Shown piece by piece: positions 59,680-64,000 of a stretch of 64,000 bases of DNA. This DNA is from Alphaproteobacteria bacterium. GTDB lineage: Bacteria; Pseudomonadota; Alphaproteobacteria; GCA-2731375. The stretch is taken from assembly GCA_965232515.1 (NCBI GenBank), contig CBDDPY010000002.1:352001-416000 (forward strand), read 5' to 3'. How positions within the stretch are numbered: position 1 is the first letter of the stretch; each line of letters starts with the position of its first letter. The notes beneath the pieces are model-generated. The model saw nothing but the letters and a program-made list of their open reading frames with translations, searched no databases and was not told the origin of the DNA. A program made the translations under genes and the position numbers.

Positions 59680-62600
59680 GTGGGCATGAAAGCAGTATTC
59701 GGTACCCTGATCGCGGCAACCCTGTTGTTGACCGGCACGGCGGCGCTGGCTGCCAGCGGCGAAAGCCCGCGCAGCGTCACCTATTCCGTCACCCCGCCGG
59801 CGCCACGCGGACAGGCGCCTTCCGAGGCGGCCAAGAAGAGCCTCGGCTGCATGAGCTGCCACACCGAGACCGACTCGGCCACCATGCACAACAACCCTGC
59901 CGTCGTGCTGGGTTGCACGGACTGCCATGGCGGCGATGCGACCGTCATGCGGCCGCCGGGCACCGTCTATGCCGACGACAGCTATCGCCGGGCGCTCGAC
60001 CAGGCGCATGTCCAGCCGCGGTTCCCCGAGACCTGGGGCTATCCGTCGAGCGCCACGCCGCCGCGCACATATTCGATCCTGAACCGGGAAGCGCCGGAAT
60101 ACATCCGCTTCATCAATCCGGCCGATTACCGGATCGCGCGCGAGGCCTGCGGCGCTTGCCATCTGTCGGATATCCATGCCACCGAACGCAGCCTGATGTC
60201 GACGGGCGCCATGCTGTGGGGCGGCGCCGCCTACAACAACGGCATCCTGCCCTACAAGAACTACATCGTCGGCGAAGCCTATACGCGCGAAGGCGTGCCG
60301 GCCGGCGTCGTCAGCCCGAATGCCGACAAGCTGACGCCATCGATGCTGCGCCGGGGTCTGTTGCCGCAACTCGTGCCACTGCCGGCCTTCGAGGTGACGG
60401 TGCCGGGCGACGTTTTCCGCGTGTTCGAACGCGGCGGCCGCAATATCCTGAATCTGTTCCCGGAGATCGCAAATCCGAACAGTCTGGGTCAGCTGCAGCG
60501 CCTGGAAGAGCCGGGCCGGCCTGACTTGCGGCAATCGAACCGCGGTCCCGCCACGGGCCTCAGGATCTCGGTGCCGATCCTCAACGTCCACAAGACGCGA
60601 CTGAACGATCCGTTCATGTGGTTCATGGGCACCAACGATCAGCCGGGCGACTACCGTTCCTCGGGCTGCGCCGGCTGCCACGTGATCTACGCCAACGACC
60701 GCGACCCGATCCATTCCGGTCCCTATGCGGTCTACGGCAACGAGGGCAAGAGCCACTCCGTCGACCCGACCATTCCGAAGAACCGGTCGGGCCATCCGAT
60801 CAAGCACGAGTTCACGCGCGCCATTCCGACCTCGCAGTGCATGCCCTGCCACATGCACCAGCCGAACATCTTCCTGAACTCCTATCTCGGCTACACCATG
60901 TGGGACTACGAGTCCGACGCGCCGGCGATGTGGCCGGAGCAGCAGAAGTATCCGAGCCATTCCGAGATGTTCGAGACGCTGTCCCGCAATCCCGAGGAAG
61001 CGGCGATCCGCGGCAAGTGGAGCGACGTCGAGTTCACCAAGAAGGTCAGCGAGCTCAACCCGACCCTGAACGCCACCCAGTTCGCCGATTACCACGGTCA
61101 CGGCTGGAATTTCCGCGGCATCTTCAAGAAGGACCGCAAGGGCAACCTGCTGGATGCCGAGGGCAAGATCGTCGAGCCGGACGATCCCGAAAAATTCAAG
61201 AAGGCCGTGCATATGAAGTCGATCCATGCCGAGGTCGGCATGCAATGCGTCGACTGCCATTTCGAGGGCGATACCCACGGCAACGGCTATATCTACGGCG
61301 AGGTCGCGCCGGCCATCGAAATCCGTTGCAAGGATTGCCACGGCACCGTCGATACCGCGCCGCCGCTGACTACCAGCGGCCCGGCCGCGGCGCCGGGTGG
61401 CCGGCCGCTGGGGCTGCTGCGCCAGGCCGATGGCCGCAAGCGCTTCGAGTATCGCGGCACCGAATGCGACAAGCCGCGCAACGAGCCCCGCGACTGCCGC
61501 CTCTATCAGCGTTCGGCCGTCTGGCCGGACCTGGAATGGGAAGTCTCGCTGCTGCGCGACAACGTCGATCCCAGCCATCCGACCTACAACGAGAAGTCGG
61601 CGCGGGCGAAGCTGATGTCAGAGGGCACCTCGATGGAATGGGGCCCGGGCGTCAAGAAGGAAGATCTGGCGCATAAAGACGACGAGATGATGTGCTTCAC
61701 CTGCCATCTCTCCTGGACCACGTCGTGCGCCGGCTGTCACCTGCCGATCCAGGCCAACTGGAAGACCGAACGGCATCGCTACGAGGGCGGCGAGACCCGC
61801 AACTTCGCGACCTATAATCCGCAGGTCGCCCGCGACCAGATGTTCCAGCTCGGCCGTCACAGCCCGGTCAAGGGCAGCGCCATCACGCCGATCCGCTCGA
61901 GCTCCGCGCTGGTGCTCTCGTCGCGCAACATCAACCGCGAGCTGATCTATATCCAGCAGCCGCCGGTGGCCGCCAGCGGCCATTCCAGTCAGGCCTTCGC
62001 GCCGCACTTCCCACACACGGCGCGCAAGACCGAGACCAAGACCTGCTCCGACTGCCATTTGAGCGAAGAGAACGACAACAACGCGATCATGGCGCAGCTC
62101 CTGCTGCACGGGACCAACTTCGTGAACTTCGTCGGCTACAACGCCTGGGTCGGCGGCGAGGGCGGTTTCGAGGCCGTGCGCGTCACCGAGTGGGACGAGC
62201 CGCAGGCCGTGATTGGCAGCTACCTTCACCGCTACGCCTACCCCGATTGGTATGCCGAGCATCAGGCGCGCGATCGCAAGCTCTACGAGAGCTACTCCCA
62301 GGGCGGCGCCATCGCCTCCTGTCTGCAGCTGCGCGGCGAGTACCTCTATGTGGCCGAGGGGCCGGACGGCATGCAGGCCTATGACGTCGCCAGCATCGCC
62401 AACAAGGGCCACTCCGACAAGATTATCAAGGCGCCGTTCAGCCAGATGGGCCACAACACGCGCATTGCCAGCAAGAATGCGACGTGCGTGGTGCTGCCGA
62501 CCAACCAGCCGATCCATCCGGACCGTATCGACTCGGATCCGGAACGGGCCAAGCTGATGTACGAGGACAACCTCGAGCAGCCATTCCATCCGATCTACGA

Positions 62601-63546
62601 CTACGCCTTCATCACCGATTCCGAGGAAGGCCTGATCCTGACCGACGTCAACACGCTGTCGGACGGCCTGCCGCGCAACAACTTTTTCACCCGCGCGCTG
62701 ACCTGGAACGAGGGCGGCGTGCTGAACGGCGCCCGGCACCTGACCATCGCCGGCTATTATTTCTACATCGCCGCCGACGCCGGCGTTGTCGTGCTGAACA
62801 TGAACGATCCGCTGCAGCCCAAGGTCGTCGACGTGCTGCCGATGGATGACGTGCGCGCCACAGCCCTGCAGTTCCGCTATCTGTTCGTGACCGACCGCGA
62901 TGGCCTGAAGGTGGTCGACGTCACCAATCCCGAAGCACCTCGGCTGGTCCAGGGCGCCGTCGTGCCGCTGGCCGATGCGCAACGGATCTACGTGGCCCGC
63001 ACCTACGCTTATGTCGCCGCCAAGCAGGACGGTCTGGTCATCGTCGATGTCGAGAACCCGGAAAAGCCTGTCCTGTTCACCAAGTTCACGGCGGACGGCA
63101 GGATCAATGACGCCTACGACGTCGTGGTTGGCTCGACCAACGCCTCGCTCTATGCCTATGTCGCCGACGGCGCCAATGGCCTCAAGGTCGTGCATCTGAC
63201 CGCGCCCGACAAACAGCCGCGCTTCTACGGTTTCAGCCCCGAGCCGGTGCCGGAGCTGATTGCTTGGTGGCCGACCAAATGGCCGGCGATCGCGCTCTCC
63301 AAGGGCCTGGACCGCGACCGCGGCGTCGACGAGACCGGCGGCCAGATGGCCATCTTCGGCCGGCTCGGCTCGCGTCCGCTCAACCTCGAGGAGCAGCGCC
63401 GCTTCTATCTCGACAAGAACGGCGATCCCTGGACGGTGACGGACGAGATCGACCGCCGCCGCTTCGTGCCGGCCGGCCAGCGCCGCAGTGCCGGTACTGG
63501 CGATGGCCGCCGGGCCGAGGCCGAGCCGTCCGTCACTGCCAACTGA
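59680..63546 (+). CDS. Secreted decahaem cytochrome c with C-terminal LVIVD-repeat beta-propeller
   Basis: Signal peptide; ten CxxCH (CMSCH, CTDCH, CGACH, CAGCH, CMPCH, CVDCH, CKDCH, CFTCH, CAGCH, CSDCH); YAYVAAKQDGLVIVDVENP-type repeats. Confidence 0.88.
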   Translation: MGMKAVFGTLIAATLLLTGTAALAASGESPRSVTYSVTPPAPRGQAPSEAAKKSLGCMSCHTETDSATMHNNPAVVLGCTDCHGGDATVMRPPGTVYADDSYRRALDQAHVQPRFPETWGYPSSATPPRTYSILNREAPEYIRFINPADYRIAREACGACHLSDIHATERSLMSTGAMLWGGAAYNNGILPYKNYIVGEAYTREGVPAGVVSPNADKLTPSMLRRGLLPQLVPLPAFEVTVPGDVFRVFERGGRNILNLFPEIANPNSLGQLQRLEEPGRPDLRQSNRGPATGLRISVPILNVHKTRLNDPFMWFMGTNDQPGDYRSSGCAGCHVIYANDRDPIHSGPYAVYGNEGKSHSVDPTIPKNRSGHPIKHEFTRAIPTSQCMPCHMHQPNIFLNSYLGYTMWDYESDAPAMWPEQQKYPSHSEMFETLSRNPEEAAIRGKWSDVEFTKKVSELNPTLNATQFADYHGHGWNFRGIFKKDRKGNLLDAEGKIVEPDDPEKFKKAVHMKSIHAEVGMQCVDCHFEGDTHGNGYIYGEVAPAIEIRCKDCHGTVDTAPPLTTSGPAAAPGGRPLGLLRQADGRKRFEYRGTECDKPRNEPRDCRLYQRSAVWPDLEWEVSLLRDNVDPSHPTYNEKSARAKLMSEGTSMEWGPGVKKEDLAHKDDEMMCFTCHLSWTTSCAGCHLPIQANWKTERHRYEGGETRNFATYNPQVARDQMFQLGRHSPVKGSAITPIRSSSALVLSSRNINRELIYIQQPPVAASGHSSQAFAPHFPHTARKTETKTCSDCHLSEENDNNAIMAQLLLHGTNFVNFVGYNAWVGGEGGFEAVRVTEWDEPQAVIGSYLHRYAYPDWYAEHQARDRKLYESYSQGGAIASCLQLRGEYLYVAEGPDGMQAYDVASIANKGHSDKIIKAPFSQMGHNTRIASKNATCVVLPTNQPIHPDRIDSDPERAKLMYEDNLEQPFHPIYDYAFITDSEEGLILTDVNTLSDGLPRNNFFTRALTWNEGGVLNGARHLTIAGYYFYIAADAGVVVLNMNDPLQPKVVDVLPMDDVRATALQFRYLFVTDRDGLKVVDVTNPEAPRLVQGAVVPLADAQRIYVARTYAYVAAKQDGLVIVDVENPEKPVLFTKFTADGRINDAYDVVVGSTNASLYAYVADGANGLKVVHLTAPDKQPRFYGFSPEPVPELIAWWPTKWPAIALSKGLDRDRGVDETGGQMAIFGRLGSRPLNLEEQRRFYLDKNGDPWTVTDEIDRRRFVPAGQRRSAGTGDGRRAEAEPSVTAN

Positions 63547-63576
63547 GGCGAAATTCCACCGACTGCTGGTTTGTCG

Positions 63577-63775
63577 TTGACTTGCCGGCCGGATGGCGGG
63601 CATTCTCCGCGCCCGTCGCGGTGACGGCTTGGCGCGCACGCGCTTGAGAAGCGGAGAACGCAGATGACGTTGGCAATCTCATTTTCCCGGAAGGACCGGC
63701 CCGCCGCGCCGTAACGACGCACGCAATCCGCTGTGCCGACGAACGCTCCCGGGCCACCGCCGCGGGAGTTTTTTT
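63577..63775 (+). promoter_or_regulatory. Putative leader/attenuator: promoter, 16-aa uORF (63664-63714) and intrinsic terminator (63746-63775)
   Basis: TTGACT-N18-CATTCT; GGAGA RBS then MTLAISFSRKDRPAAP*; hairpin CTCCCGGGC-CACC-GCCGCGGGAG followed by T7. Confidence 0.5.
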
Positions 63776-64000
63776 GTGCCCGATCCGTCCATTGATGGTT
63801 CGGCGTCCGGCCGTCGGTATGGGCGGCGAATTGGAAAGTACCCGCATGACCTTAACGAACGCGATGACGCAACGACGAAGAGGAATCGGCAGGCGCCCGC
63901 CGCGCCGCCCGTAGGTTAGCGCCCGCATCGGTGCATCGGCCTCCGGGCAGGCGGCAATGGCGCTCGGGAGTGGACCGATGTGGGAACATGATGTGCGGCA

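Overview
High-GC bacterial chromosomal window, most likely from an alphaproteobacterium (inferred from gene content and repeat types). From left to right: (1) a PQQ alcohol-oxidation region (truncated cytochrome c, lanthanide-type XoxF, pentapeptide protein, quinohaemoprotein ADH); (2) a LacI-regulated sugar ABC/GH31 operon with two palindromic operators; (3) a Baeyer-Villiger monooxygenase; (4) a solitary 1458-aa nuclease-NTPase (Avs/NLR-like) protein with ~5 near-identical 261-bp repeats, where every difference among copies 1-4 is non-synonymous; (5) a GntR/UTRA-linked catabolic region (TauABC-type ABC, sulfatase, class II aldolase, dehydrogenase, FGGY kinase) with a shared operator and a nested MITE/REP element; (6) a broken MarR gene and a stand-alone OLD-family nuclease; (7) a Zn-ADH, a LIV-type ABC transporter and acyl-CoA genes; (8) a hybrid kinase and a LuxO-like regulator; (9) a ~13-kb seven-gene operon (flavin-cNMP-FeS protein, His-rich membrane protein, FHA-decahaem, GlcG/HbpS tandem protein, beta-barrel, decahaem-LVIVD) that looks like a trans-envelope electron conduit I cannot assign to a characterised system; (10) a possible leader-peptide attenuator at the right edge. 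All calls come from reading motifs by eye; no database searches were run.
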